Origin: the human T2T-CHM13v2.0 reference genome, Homo sapiens
Assembly (NCBI RefSeq): GCF_009914755.1
Contig: NC_060933.1
Length of the DNA: 64,000 nt
Direction: 5' to 3' (one strand)
Part shown: positions 1-14,150 of the stretch, in pieces
Layout: each line of letters starts with the position of its first letter
How positions within the stretch are numbered: position 1 is the first letter of the stretch
Notes under the pieces: generated by a model
What the model saw: only the letters and a program-made list of their open reading frames with translations
What the model was told of the DNA's origin: nothing
The model's database searches: none
Program-made: the position numbers and the translations under genes

Positions 1-3000
1 CCATTCCATTGCACTCGGTTTGATTCCATTCCATTCCATTCCATTCCATTCCATTTCATTCCATTCCCTTCCATTTCATTCGGACTGATTCTATTCAATT
101 CCCTTACACTCCATTACATTCCATTCCATTCGGGATGTTTCCATTCCATTCCATTCCTTTCCATTCCATTGCATCGGGATCATTCCATTCCATTCCAGTC
201 CATTCCATTCCATTCCGGATGATTCCATTCCATTGCATTAAATTCCATTCCATTCCCCTGCACTCGGGTTGATTACATTCCATTCCATTCCCTTCCATTC
301 CTTTCCATTCCATTCCATTCCATTCTATTCGGGTTAATTCCATTCCATTCCACTCCATTCCATTCCATTCCATTCCATTCCATTCCATTCCATTCCATTG
401 CAATCGAGTTGATTCCATTCCATTCCATTCCATTCCGTTCCGGATGATTCCATTCCATTGCATTCCATTCCATTCCATTCCCGTGCAGTCGGGTTGATTC
501 CATTCCATTCCATTCCATTCCACTCCATTCCGTTCCGTTCCATTCCATTCCATTCCATTCCATTCTATTCGGGTTAATTCCATTCCATTCCATTCCATTC
601 CATTCCATTCCATTCCATTCCATTCAAATTCCATTCCACTCCATTCCAATCGAGTTGATTACATTCCATTCCGTTCCATTCCATTCCACTCCATTCCAGT
701 CTTTTCCATTCCATTCTACTCGGGTTGATTCCATTCCATTCATTTCCATTCCATTCCATTCCATTGCAATCGAGTTGATTCCATTGTTTTGCATTCCATT
801 CCATTCCATTCCATTCCGGATGATTCCATTCCATTGCATTCCATTCCATTCCATTCCCCTGCACTCGGGTTGATTCCATTCCATTCCACTCCATTCCGTT
901 CCATTCCATTCCATTCCATTGTATTCGGGTTAATTCCATTCCATTCCATTCCATTCCATTCCATTCCATTCCATTCCATTCCATTCCATTACAATCGAGT
1001 TGATTCCATTCCATTCCATTCCATACCATTCCATTCCATTCCATTCCATTCCATTCCATTCCGTTCCATTCCGTTCCATTCCATTCCATTCCATTCTATT
1101 CGGGTTAATTCCATTCCATTCCATTCCATTCCATTCCATTCTATTCGTGTTAATTCCATTCCATTCTATTCCATTCCATTCCATTGAAATCGAGTTGATT
1201 CCATTCCATTCCATTCCATTCCATTCCGGATGATTCCATTCCATTGCATTCCATTCCATTCCATTCCCCTGCACTCGGGTTGAATCCATTCCATTCCATT
1301 CCATGACATTCCGTTCCATTCCATTCCATTCCATTCTATTCGGGTTAATTCCATTCCATTCCATTCCACTCCATTCCAGTCCTTTGCATTCCATTCCACT
1401 CGGGTTGATTCCATTCTATTCCTTTCCATTCCATTCCATTCCATTGCAATCGATTTGATTCCTTTCGAGTTGAATCCATTCCATTCCATTCCATTCCATT
1501 CCATTACATTGCACACGTGTTCATTCCATTCCATTCCATTAAATTCCATTCCATTCCATTTCATTCCATTCCATTCTATTCCGTACCATTCCATTCCATC
1601 CCATTCCATTCCATTCCATTCCATTCCATGCCATTACACTCGGGTTGATTCCATTCCTTTCCATTCCATTCTTGTTGAATCCATTCCATTCCATTCCATT
1701 CCATTCGAATCCATTCCATTGCACTAGTGTTGATTCCATTCCATTCCATTCCATTCCATTCCATTCCATTCCATTCCATTCCATTCCGGATGATTGCATT
1801 CCATTGCATTCCATTCCATTCCATTCCCCTGCACTCGGGTTGATTCCATTCCATTTCATTCCATTACATTCCGTTCCATTCCATTCCATTCCATTCCATT
1901 CTATTCGGGTTAATTCCATTCCATTCCTTTAAACTTCCATTCCATTCCATTCCATTGCAATCCAGTTGATTCCATTCCATTCCATTCCATTCCACTCCAT
2001 TCCATTCCAATCGATTTGATTCCATTCCATTCCATTCCATTCCACTCCATTCCAGTCCTTTCCATTCCATTCCACTCGGGTTGATTCCATTCTATTCCTT
2101 TCCATTCCATTCCATTCCATTGCAATCGAGTTGATTCCTTTCGAGTTGAATCCATTCCATTCCATTCCATTCCATTACATTCCACACGGGTTCATTCCAT
2201 TCCATTCCATTCCATTCCATTCCATTGCACTCCATTCCATTTCATTCCATTCCATTCTATTCGGTACCATTCCATTCCATCCCATTCCATTCCATTCCAT
2301 TCCATGCCATTACACTCTGTTGATTCCATTCCTTTCCATTCCATTCTTGTTGAATCCATTCCATTCCATTCCATTATATTCGAATCCATTCCATTCCATT
2401 CGAATCCATTCCATTGCACTCGGTTTGATTCCATTCCAATGCATTCCATTCCATTTCATTCCATTACCTTCCATTTCATTCGGACTGATTCTATTCAATT
2501 CCCTTACACTCCATTACATTCCATTCCATTCGGGATGTTTCCATTCCATTCCATTCCATTCCATTCCATTCCATTCCATTGCATCGGGTTCATTCCATTC
2601 CATTCCATTCCATTCCATTCCATTCCATTCCGGATGATTCCATTCCATTGCATTCAATTCCATTCCATTCCCCTGCACTCGGGTTGATTACATTCCATTC
2701 CGTTCCCTTCCATTCCTTTCCATTCCATTCCACTCCATTGCAATCGAGTTGATTCCATTCCATTCCATTCCATTCCATTCCATTCCATTCCATTCCGGAT
2801 GATTGCATTCCATTGCATTCCATTCCATTCCATTCCCCTGCACTCGGGTTGATTCCATTCCATTTCATTCCATTACATTCCGTTCCATTCCATTCCATTC
2901 CATTCTATTCGGGTTAATTCCATTCCATTCCTTTAAAATTCCATTCCATTCCATTCCATTGCAATCGAGTTGATTACATTCCATTCCATTCCATTCCATT

Positions 3001-6000
3001 CCAATCGATTTGATTCCATTCCATTCCATTCCATTCCACTCCATTCCAGTCCTTTCCATTCCATTCCACTCGGGTTGATTCCATTCTATTCCTTTCCATT
3101 CCATTCCATTCCATTGCAATCGAGTTGATTCCTTTCGAGTTGAATCCATTCCATTCCATTCCATTCCATTACATTGCACCCGGGTTCATTCCATTCCATT
3201 CCATTCCATTCCATTCCATTCCATTCCATTCCATCCTATTCCGTACCATTCCATTCCATCCCATTCCATTCCATTCCATTCCATGCCATTACACTCGGGT
3301 TGATTCCATTCCTTTCCATTCCATTCTTGTTGTATCGATTCCATTCCATTCCATTATATTCGAATCCATTCCATTCCATTGGAATCCATTCCATTGCACT
3401 CGGTTTGATTCCATTCCATTCCATTCCATTCCATTTCATTCCGTTCCCTTCCATTTCATTCGGACTGATTCTATTCAATTCCCTTACACTCCATTACATT
3501 CCATTCCATTCGGGATGTTTCCATTCCATTCCATTCTATTCCATTCCATTCCATTGCATCGGGATCATTCCATTCCATTCCATTCCATTCCATTCCATTC
3601 CATTCCATTCCGGATGATTCCATTCCATTGCATTCAATTCCATTCCATTCCCCTGCACTCGGGTTGATTACATTCCATTCCATTCCCTTCCATTCCTTTC
3701 CATTCCATTCCATTCCATTCTATTCGGGTTAATTCCATTCCATTTCACTCCATTCCATTCCATTCCATTCCATTCCATTCCATTCCATTGCAATCGAGTT
3801 GATTCCATTCCATTCCATTCCATTCCGTTCCGGATGATTCCATTCCATTGCATTCCATTCCATTCCATTCCCGTGCAGTCGGGTTGATTCCATTCCATTC
3901 CATTCCATTCCACTCCATTCCGTTCCGTTCCATTCCATTCCATTCCATTCCATTCTATTCGGGTTAATTCCATTCCATTCCATTCCATTCCATTCCATTC
4001 CATTCAAATTCCATTCCACTCCATTCCAATCGAGTTGATTACATTCCATTCCGTTCCATTCCATTCCACTCCATTCCAGTCTTTTCCATTCCATTCTACT
4101 CGGGTTGATTCCATTCCATTCATTTCCATTCCATTCCATTCCATTGCAATCGAGTTGATTCCATTGTTTTGCATTCCATTCCATTCCATTCCATTCCAGA
4201 TGATTCCATTCCATTGCATTCCATTCCATTCCATTCCCCTGCACTCGGGTTGATTCCATTCCATTCCACTCCATTACGTTCCATTCCATTCCATTCCATT
4301 GTATTCGGGTTAATTCCATTCCATTCCATTCCATTCCATTCCATTCCATTCCATTCCATTACAATCGAGTTGATTCCATTCCATTCCATTCCATACCATT
4401 CCATTCCATTCCATTCCCTTCCATTCCATTCCGTTCCATTCCGTTCCATTCCATTCCATTCCATTCTATTCGGGTTAATTCCATTCCATTCCATTCCATT
4501 CCATTCTATTCGTGTTAATTCCATTCCATTCTATTCCATTCCATTCCATTGAAATCGAGTTGATTCCATTGCATTCCATTCCATTCCATTCCGGATGATT
4601 CCATTCCATTGCATTCCATTCCATTCCATTCCCCTGCACTCGGGTTGAATCCATTCCATTCCATTCCATTACATTCCGTTCCATTCCATTCCATTCCATT
4701 CTATTCGGGTTAATTCCATTCCATTCCATTCCACTCCATTCCAGTCCTTTGCATTCCATTCCACTCGGGTTGATTCCATTCTATTCCTTTCCATTCCATT
4801 CCATTCCATTGCAATCGAGTTGATTCCATTCGAGTTGAATCCATTCCATTCCATTCCATTCCATTCCATTACATTGCACACGGGTTCATTCCATTCCATT
4901 CCATTAAATTCCATTCCATTCCATTTCATTCCATTCCATTCTATTCCGTACCATTCCATTCCATCCCATTCCATTCCATTCCATTCCATTCCATGCCATT
5001 ACACTCGGGTTGATTCCATTCCTTTCCATTCCATTCTTGTTGAATCCATTCCATTCCATTCCATTCCATTCGAATCCATTCCATTGCACTAGTGTTGATT
5101 CCATTCCATTCCATTCCATTCCATTCCATTCCATTCCATTCCATTCCGGATGATTGCATGCCATTGCATTCCATTCCATTCCATTCCCCTGCACTCGGGT
5201 TGATTCCATTCCGTTTCATTCCATTACATTCCGTACCATTCCATTCCATTCCATTCCATTCTATTCGGGTTAATTCCATTCCATTCTATTAAACTTCCAT
5301 TCCATTCCATTCCATTGCAATCCAGTTGATTCCATTCCATTCCATTCCATTCCACTCCATTCCATTCCAATCGATTTGATTCCATTCCATTCCATTCCAT
5401 TCCACTCCATTCCAGTCGTTTCCATTCCATTCCACTCGGGTTGATTCCATTCTATTCCTTTCCATTCCATTCCATTCCATTGCAATCGAGTTGATTCCTT
5501 TCGAGTTGAATCCATTCCATTCCATTCCATTCCTTTACATTCCACACGGGTTCATTCCATTCCATTCCATTCCATTCCATTCCATTGCATTCCATTCCAT
5601 TTCATTCCATTCCATTCTATTCCGTACCATTCCATTCCATCCCATTCCATTCCATTCCATTCCATGCCATTACACTCGGGTTGATTCCATTCCTTTCCAT
5701 TCCATTCTTGTTGAATCCATTCCATTCCATTCCATTATATACGAATCCATTCCATTCCATTCGAATCCATTCCATTGCACTCGGTTTGATTCCATTCCAA
5801 TCCATTCCATTCCATTTCATTCCATTCCCTTCCATTTCATTCGGACTGATTCTATTCAATTCCCTTACACTCCATTACATTCCATTCCATTCGGGATGTT
5901 TCCATTCCATTCCATTCCATTCCATTCCATTCCATTCCATTGCATCGGGTTCATTCCATTCCATTCCATTCCATTCCATTCCATTCCATTCCATTCCATT

Positions 6001-9000
6001 CCATTCCGGATGATTCCATTCCATTGCATTCAATTCCATTCCATTCCCCTGCACTCGGGTTGATTACATTCCATTCCATTCCCTTCCATTCCTTTCCATT
6101 CCATTCCATTCCATTCTATTCGGGTTAATTCCATTCCATTCCACTCCATTCCATTCCATTCCATTCCATTGCATTCCATTCCATTCCATTCCATTGCAAT
6201 CGACTTGATTCCATTCCATTGCATTCCATTCCGTTCCGGATGATTCCATTCCATTGCATTCCATTCCTTTCCATTCCCGTGCAGTCGGGTTGATTCCATT
6301 CCATTCCATTCCATTCCACTCCATTCCGTTCCGTTCCATTCCATTCCATTCCATTCCATTCTATTCGGTTTAATTCCATTCCATTCCATTCCATTCAAAT
6401 TCCATTCCACTCCATTCCAATCGAGTTTATTCCATTCCATTCCATTCCATTCCATTCCACTCCATTCCAGTCCTTTCCATTCCATTCCACTCGGGTTGAT
6501 TCCATTCTATTCATTTCCATTCCATTCCATTCCATTGCAATCGAGTTGATTCCATTGTTTTGCATTCCATTCCATTCCACTCCATTCCGGATGATTCCAT
6601 TCCATTGCATTCCATTCCATTCCATTCCCCTGCACTCGGGTTGATTCCATTCTATTCCACTCCATTCCGTTCCATTCCATTCCATTGTATTCGGGTTAAT
6701 TCCATTCCATTCCATTCCATTCCATTGCATTCCATTCCATTCCATTCCATTCCATTACAATCGAGTTGATTCCATTCCATTCCATTCCATACCATTCCAT
6801 TCCATTCCATTCCATTCCATTCCATTCCGTTCCGTTCCATTCCGTTCCATTCCATTCCATTCCATTCTATTCGGGTTAATTCCATTCCATTCCATTCCAT
6901 TCCATTCCATTCTATTCGTGTTAATTCCATTCCATTCTATTCCATTCCATTCCATTGAAATCGAGTTGATTCCATTCCATTCCATTCCATTCCATTCCGG
7001 ATGATTCCATTCCATTGCATTCCATTCCATTCCATTCCCCTGCACTCGGGTTGAATCCATTCCATTCCATTCCATTACATTCCGTTCCATTCCATTCCAT
7101 TCCATTCTATTCGGGTTAATTCCATTCCATTCCATTCCACTCCATTCCAGTCGTTTGCATTCCATTCCACTCTGGTTGATTCCATTCTATTCCTTTCCAT
7201 TCCATTCCATTCCATCGCAATCGAGTTGATTCCATTCGAGTTGAATCCATTCCATTCCATTCCATTACATTACATTGCACACGGGTTCAATCCATTCCAT
7301 TCCATTAAATTCCATTCCATTCCATTTCATTCCATTCCATTCTATTCTATTCCGTACCATTCCATTCCATCCCATTCCATTCCATTCCATTCCATTCCAT
7401 CCCATTCCATTCCATTCCATTCCATTCCATGCCATTACACTCGGGTTGATTCCATTCCTTTGCATTCCATTCTTGTTGAATCCATTCCATTCCATTCCAT
7501 TCCATTCGAATCCATTCCATTGCACTCGGGTTGATTCCATTCCATTCCATTCCATTCCATTTCATTCCATTCCATTCCATTACATTCGGATTGATTGTAT
7601 TCAATTCCCTTACACTCCATTACATTCCATTCCATTCGGGATGTTTCCATTCCATTCCATTCCATTCCATTCCACTCCATTCCATTGCATCGGGTTGATT
7701 GCATTCCATTCCATTCCATTCCATTCCGGATGATTCCATTCAATTGCATTCCATTCAATTCCATTCCCCTGCACTGGGGTTGATTACATTCCATTCCATT
7801 CCCTTCCATTCTTTTCCATTCCATTCCACTCCATTGAAATCGAGTTGATTCCATTCCATTCCATTCCATTCCATTCCATTCCATTCCATTCCATTCCATT
7901 CCGGATGATTGTATTCCATTGCATTCCATTCCATTCCATTCCCCTGCACTCGTATTGATTCCATTCCATTTCATTCCATTACATTCCGTTCCATTCCATT
8001 CCATTCCATTCTATTCAGGTTAATTCCATTCCATTCCATTCCATTCCATTCCATTCCAATCGAGTTGATTCCATTCCATTCCATTCCATTCCAATCGATT
8101 TGATTCCATTCCATTCCATTCCATTCCACTCCATTCCAGTCCTTTGCATTCCATTCCACTCGGGTTGATTCCATTCTATTCTTTTCCATTCCATTCCATT
8201 CCATTGCAATCGAGTTGATTCCTTTCGAGTTGAATCCATTCCATTCCATTCCATTCCATTACATTGCACACGGGTTCATTCCATTCCATTCCATTCCATT
8301 CCATTCCATTCCATTCCATTCCACTCCATTTCATTCCATTCCATTCTATTCCGTACCATTCCATTCCATCCCATTCCATTCCATTCCATTCCATGCCATT
8401 ACACTCGGGTTGATTCCATTCCTTTCTATTCCATTCTTGTTGAATCCATTCCATTCCATTCCATTCCATTCGAATCCATTCCATTGCACTCGGTTTGATT
8501 CCATTCCATTCCTTTCCATTCTATTTCATTCCATTCCCTTCCATTACATTCGGACTGATTCTATTCAATTCCCTTACACTCCATTACATTCCATTCCATT
8601 CGGGATGTTTCCATTCTATTCCATTCCATTCCATTCCATTCCATTGCATCGGGTTGATTCCATTCCATTCCATTCCATTCCATTCCATTCTATTCCATTC
8701 CGGATGATTCCATTCCATTGCATTCCATTCCATTCCATTCCCGTGCAGTCGGGTTGATTCCATTGCATTCCATTCCATTCCATTCCATTCCGTTCCATTC
8801 CATTCCATTCCATTCCATTCTATTCGGGTTAATTCCATTCCATTCCATTCAATTCAAATTCCATTCCACTCCATTCCAATCGAGTTGATTCCATTCCATT
8901 CCGTTCCATGTCATTCCACTCCATTCCAGTCCTTTCCATTCCATTCCACTCGGGTTTATTCCATTTTATTCATTTCCATTCCATTCCATTCAATTGCAAT

Positions 9001-9762
9001 CGAGTTGATTCCATTGTTTTGCACTCCATTCCATTCCATTCCATTCCGGATGATTCCATTCCATTGCATTCCATTCCATTCCATTCCCCTGCACTCGGGT
9101 TGATTCCATTCCATTCCACTCCATTCCGTTCCATTCCATTCCATTCCATTGTATTCGGGTTAATTCCATTCCATTCCATTCCATTCCATTCAATTCCATT
9201 CCATTCCATTCCATTACAATCGAGTTGATTCCATTCCATTCCATTCCATACAATTCTATTCCATTCCATTCCATTCCATTCCATTCCATTCCAATCCGTT
9301 CCGTTCCGTTCCATTCCATTCCATTCCATTCCGGCTGATTCCATTCCATTGAATTCCATTCCATTCCATTCCCCTGCACTTGGGTTGATTCCATTCCATT
9401 CCATTCCATTCCTTTCCGTTCCATTCCATTCCATTGCATTCCATTCTATTCGTGTTATTTCCATTCCATTCTATTCCATTCCATTCCATTGAAATCGAGT
9501 TGATTCCGTTCCATTCCATTCCATTCCATTCCATTCCATTCCGGATGATTCCATTCCATTGCATTCAAGTCCATTCCATTCCCCTGCAATCGGGTTGATT
9601 ACATTCCATTCCATTCCCTTCCATTCCTTTCCATTCCATTCCATTCCATTCTATTCGTGTTAATTCCATTCTATTCCACTCCATTCCATTCCATTCCATT
9701 CCATTCCATTCCATTCCATTCCATTGCAATCGAGTTGATTCCATTCCATTCCATTCCATTCC
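1..9762 (+). repeat. Long direct repeat, copy 1 (truncated by window start)
   Basis: Every ORF from 104..649 to 9256..9564 recurs with identical translation at exactly +49,135. Spot-checked nucleotides agree. First difference is at 9763 (a) vs 58898 (g). Confidence 0.93.
81..9762 (+). repeat. Dialect A higher-order repeat, ~3.38 kb (2.4-kb + 0.98-kb subunits)
   Basis: Marker cgga(c/t)tgatt...cccttacact at 81, 2481, 3461, 5842, 7587 and 8551 (spacings 2400, 980, 2381, 1745, 964). ORF pairs 655/4035, 1455/4820 and 2131/5491 give offsets of 3360-3380. Other A markers: gttttgcatt, cttgttgaat, cgggatgttt, ttcaaattcc. Confidence 0.85.
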
Positions 9763-9764
9763 AT

Positions 9765-12700
9765 TACACTCGGGTTGATCCCATTCCATTGCATTGCATT
9801 CCATTCCGTTCCATTCCATTCCATTACATTCGTATTGATTCTATTCAATTCCCTTACACTCCATTACATTCCATTCCATTCGGGTTGTTTCCATTCCATT
9901 CCATTCCATTCCACTCCATTCCATTGCAATCGGGTTGATTCCATTCCATTCCATTCCATTCCATTCCGTATGATTCCATTCCATTGCATTCCATTCCATT
10001 CCATTCCCCTGCACTCGGGTGGATTCCATTCTATTCCATTCCATTCCATTGCATTCCATTCCATTCCATTCCACTCCACTCCATGCCATTCCACTCGGGT
10101 TTAATCCATTCCTTTCCATTCCATTCGGGTTGAATCCATTCCATTCCATTCCATTCCACTCAATTCCATTACATTGCACTCGGGTTGATTCCATTCCATT
10201 CCATTCCATTCCATTCCATTCCATTCCATTTCGTTCTTTTCCATTCTATTCCGTACTATTCCATTCCATTCCTTTGCATTCCATGCCATTCCACTCGGGT
10301 TTATTCCATTCATTTTCATTCCATTCGGGTTGAATCCATTCCATTCCATTCCATTCCATTCCATTCCATTCCATTCCATTGCACTCGGGTTGATTGCATT
10401 CCATTCCATTCCATTCTACTCCATTTCGTTCCATTCCATACTATTCGGTAGCATTCCATTCCATTCCATTCCAATCCATTCCATTCCATGCCATTCCACT
10501 TGGGTTGATTCCCTTCCTTTCCATTCCATTCGGGTTGAATCCATTCCATTCCATTCCATTCCATTCCATTCCATTCCTTTCAATTCCATTGCACACGGTT
10601 TGGTTCCGTTCCATTCCTTTCCGTTCCATTCCGGATGACTCCATTCCATTGCATTCCATTCCATTCCATTCCCCTGCACTCGGGTTCATTACCTTCCATT
10701 CCATTTACTTCCATTCCATTCCATTCCATTCTATTCGGGTTAATTCCATTCCATTCCATTCCATTCCATTCCATTCCATTCCATGCCATTCCATTCCACT
10801 CCATTCCATGCCATTCCACTCGGGTTTATTCCATTCCTTTCCATTCCATTTGGGTTGAATCCATTCCATTCCATTCCATTCCATTCCATTCCATTCCATT
10901 CCATTCCATGCCATTGCACTCGGGTTGATTCCATTCCTTTCCATTCCATTCGAATTGAACCCATTCCATTCCATTCCATTCCATTCCATTCCATTCCATT
11001 GCTCACGGGTTCATTCCATTCCATTCCATTCCATTCCATTCCATTCCATTCCATTCCATTTCGTTCCATTCCATTCTACTCCGTACCATTCCATTCCATT
11101 CCATTCCCTTCCATGCCATTTCACTCGGGTTTATTCCATTCCTTTCCATTCCATTCGGGTTGAATCCATTCCATTCCATTCCATTCCATTCCATTCCATT
11201 CCATTCTATTGCGCTCGGGTTGATTCCATTCCATTCTATGCCATTCCATTTCATTCCATTCCATTCCATTCCATTGCATTCCATTCCATTCCTTTCCTTT
11301 CAATTCCATTCCACTACATTCGGATTGATTCTTTTTAATTCCCTTACACTCCATTACATTCCATTCCATTCGGGTACTTTCCATTCCATTCCATTCCATT
11401 CCACTGCATTCTATTGCACTCGCGTTGATTGATTCCATTCCATTGCATTCCATTCCATTCCATTCCATTCCATTCCATTCCATTCCATTCTGTTCAGGTT
11501 AATTCCATTCCATTCCATTCCCTTCCATTCCATTCCATTCCATTCCATCCCATTGCAATCGAGGTGATTCCATTGCATTCCATTCCATTCCATTCCATTG
11601 CATTCCATTCCATTCCATTCCCCTGCACTCAGATTGATTCCATTCCATTCCTTTCCATTCCATTCCGTTCCATTCCTTTCCATTCTATTTGCGTTAATTC
11701 CGTTCCATTCCATTCCATTACATTCCTTTGCAATCGAGTTGATTCCATTCCATTCCGTTCCATTCCATTCCATTCCATTCCATTCCATGCCATTCCACTC
11801 GGGTTGATTCCATTCCTTTCCATTCCATTCGAGTTGAATCCATTCCATTCCATTCCATTCCATTCGATTCCATTCCATTGCTCACGTGTTCATTCCATTC
11901 CATTCCATTCCATTCCATTCCATTCCATTCCATTTCGTTCCATTCCATTCTCTTCCGTAGTATTCCATTCCATTCCATTCCTCTCCATTCCATGCCATTC
12001 CACTCGGGTTTATTCCATTCCTTTCCATTCCATTCGGGTTGAATTCATTCCATTCCATTCCATTCCATTCCATTCAATTCCATTACATTGCACTCGGGTT
12101 GATTCCATTCCATTCCATTCCATTTCAATCTATTCCCTTCCATTCCATTTCATTCCATTCCATTCCATTCCATTCCATTCCATTCCATTCCATTCCATGC
12201 CATTCCACTCGGGTTGATTCCATTCCTTTCCATTCCATTCTAGTTGATCCCATTCCATTCCATTCCATTCCATTCCATTGCACACGGAATGGAATGGAAT
12301 GGAAACAACCCGAATGGAATGGAATGTAATGGAGTTTAAGGGAATTGAATACAATCAATCCGAATGTAATGGAATGGAATGGAACGGAATGGAATGGAAT
12401 GGAATGCAGTGGAATGGAATCAAACCTAGTGCAATGGAATGGAATGGAATGGAATGGAATGGAATGGAATGGAATGGATTGGATTCAACCCAAATGGAAT
12501 GGAAAGCAATGGAATCAACCCGAGTGGAATGGCATGGAATGGAATGGAATGGAATGGAATGGTACAGAAAAGAATGGAATGGAACGAAATGGAATGGAAT
12601 GGAATGGAATGGAACGGAATGGAATGGAATCAACTCGATTGCAATGGAATGTAATGGAATGGAATGGAATGGAATTAACGCGAATAGAATGGAATGGAAT

Positions 12701-14150
12701 GTAATGGAACGGAAAGGAATGGAATGGGATGGAATGGAGTCAATCTGAGTGCAGGGGAATGGAATGGAATGGAATGCAATGGAATGGAATGCAATGGAAT
12801 GGAATGCCATGGAATCAACTAGATTGCAATGGGATGGAATGGAATGGAATGGAATGGAAGGGAATGGAATGGAATGGAATTAACCTGAACAGAATGGAAT
12901 GGAATGGAATGGAACGGAATGGAATGGAATGGAATGGAATGGAATGGATTCAAACCGAATGGAATGGAAAGGAATGGAATAAACCCGAGTGAAATGGCTT
13001 GGAAGGGAATGGAATGGAATGGAATGGTACGGAGTAGAATGGAATGGAACGAAATGGAATGGAATGGAATGGAATGGAATGGAATGGAATGGAATGGAAT
13101 GAACCCGTGAGCAATGGAATGGGATGGAATGGAATGGAATGGAAGGGAATGGAATGGGTTAAATTCGAATGGAATGGAAAGGAATGGAATCAAGCCGAGT
13201 GCAATGGCATGGAATGGAATGGAATGGAATGGAATGGAATGGAATGGAATGGATTCAACCCGAATGGAATGGAAAGGAATGGAATAAACCCGAGTGGAAT
13301 GGCATGGAATGGAGTGGAATGGAATGGAATGGAATGGAATGGAATGGAATGGAATGGAATTAACCCTAATAGAATGGAATGGAATGGAATGGAATGGAAT
13401 GGAATGGAAGGGAATGGAATGGAATGGAATGGAATGGAATTAACACGAATAGAATGGAATGGAATGGAATGGAATGGAATGGAATGGAATCAACTCGATT
13501 TCATTGGAATGGAATGGAATGGAATGGAATGGAATGGAAGGGAATGGAATGAAATTAACCCGAATAGAATGGAATGGAATGGAATGGAATGGAATGGAAT
13601 GGAATAGAATGGAATCCAACCGAGTGCAGTGGAATGGAATGGAATGGAATGCAATGGAATGGAATCATACGGAATGGAATGGAATGGAATGGAATGAAAT
13701 GGAATGGAATGCAATGGAATGGAATGGAATCAACCCGATTGCAATGGAATGGAGTGGAATGGAATGGAATGGAATGGAAACAACCCGAATGGAATGGAAT
13801 GTAATGGAGAGTAAGGGAATTGAATAGAATCAATACGAATGTAATGGAATGGAATGGAACGGAATGGAATGCAATGGAATGGAATGGAATGCAATGGAAT
13901 GGGATCAACCCGAGTGAAATGGAATGGAATCGAAAGGAATGGAATGGAATGGAATGGTTTCAACCAGAATGGAATGGAAAGGAATGGAATCAACCCGAGT
14001 GGAACGGAATGGAATGGAATGGAATGGAATGGAATGGAATGGAATGGAATGGAATGGGTTCAACTCGAATGGAATGGAAAAGAATGGAATCAACCCGAGT
14101 GGAATGGCATGGAATGGAATGGAATGGAATGGAATGGAATGGAATGGATT
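9765..14150. repeat. Dialect B domain (~1.5-kb unit) present in both orientations around junction 1
   Basis: Rich in the module ccatgccattccactcgggtt(g/t)attccattcctttccattccattcgggttgaatcc. cccttacact occurs at 9851 and 11341 (1490 apart). ggaaacaacccgaat occurs at 12301 and 13776 (1475 apart). Confidence 0.75.
12263..12304. other. Inversion junction 1 (CATTC to GGAAT)
   Basis: ttccattccattccatt-gcacacgg-aatggaatggaatggaa: 17-bp complementary arms with an 8-nt spacer. The spacer is a truncated gcacacgggttcatt marker. Confidence 0.95.

Larger units (their letters stand above)
1..12285 (+). repeat. HSat3 block 1, C-rich (CATTC) strand on +
   Basis: Plus strand reads ccatt repeats until ...cattccattgcacac at 12271-12285. 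Confidence 0.97.

Noticed and set aside
81-6800. Y-chromosome DYZ1, suggested by the ~3.4-kb period
   Set aside because: The period persists for fewer than two full units and splits into 2.4 + 0.98 kb. The pentamers are also purer than I would expect for DYZ1. Not formally excluded without alignment.
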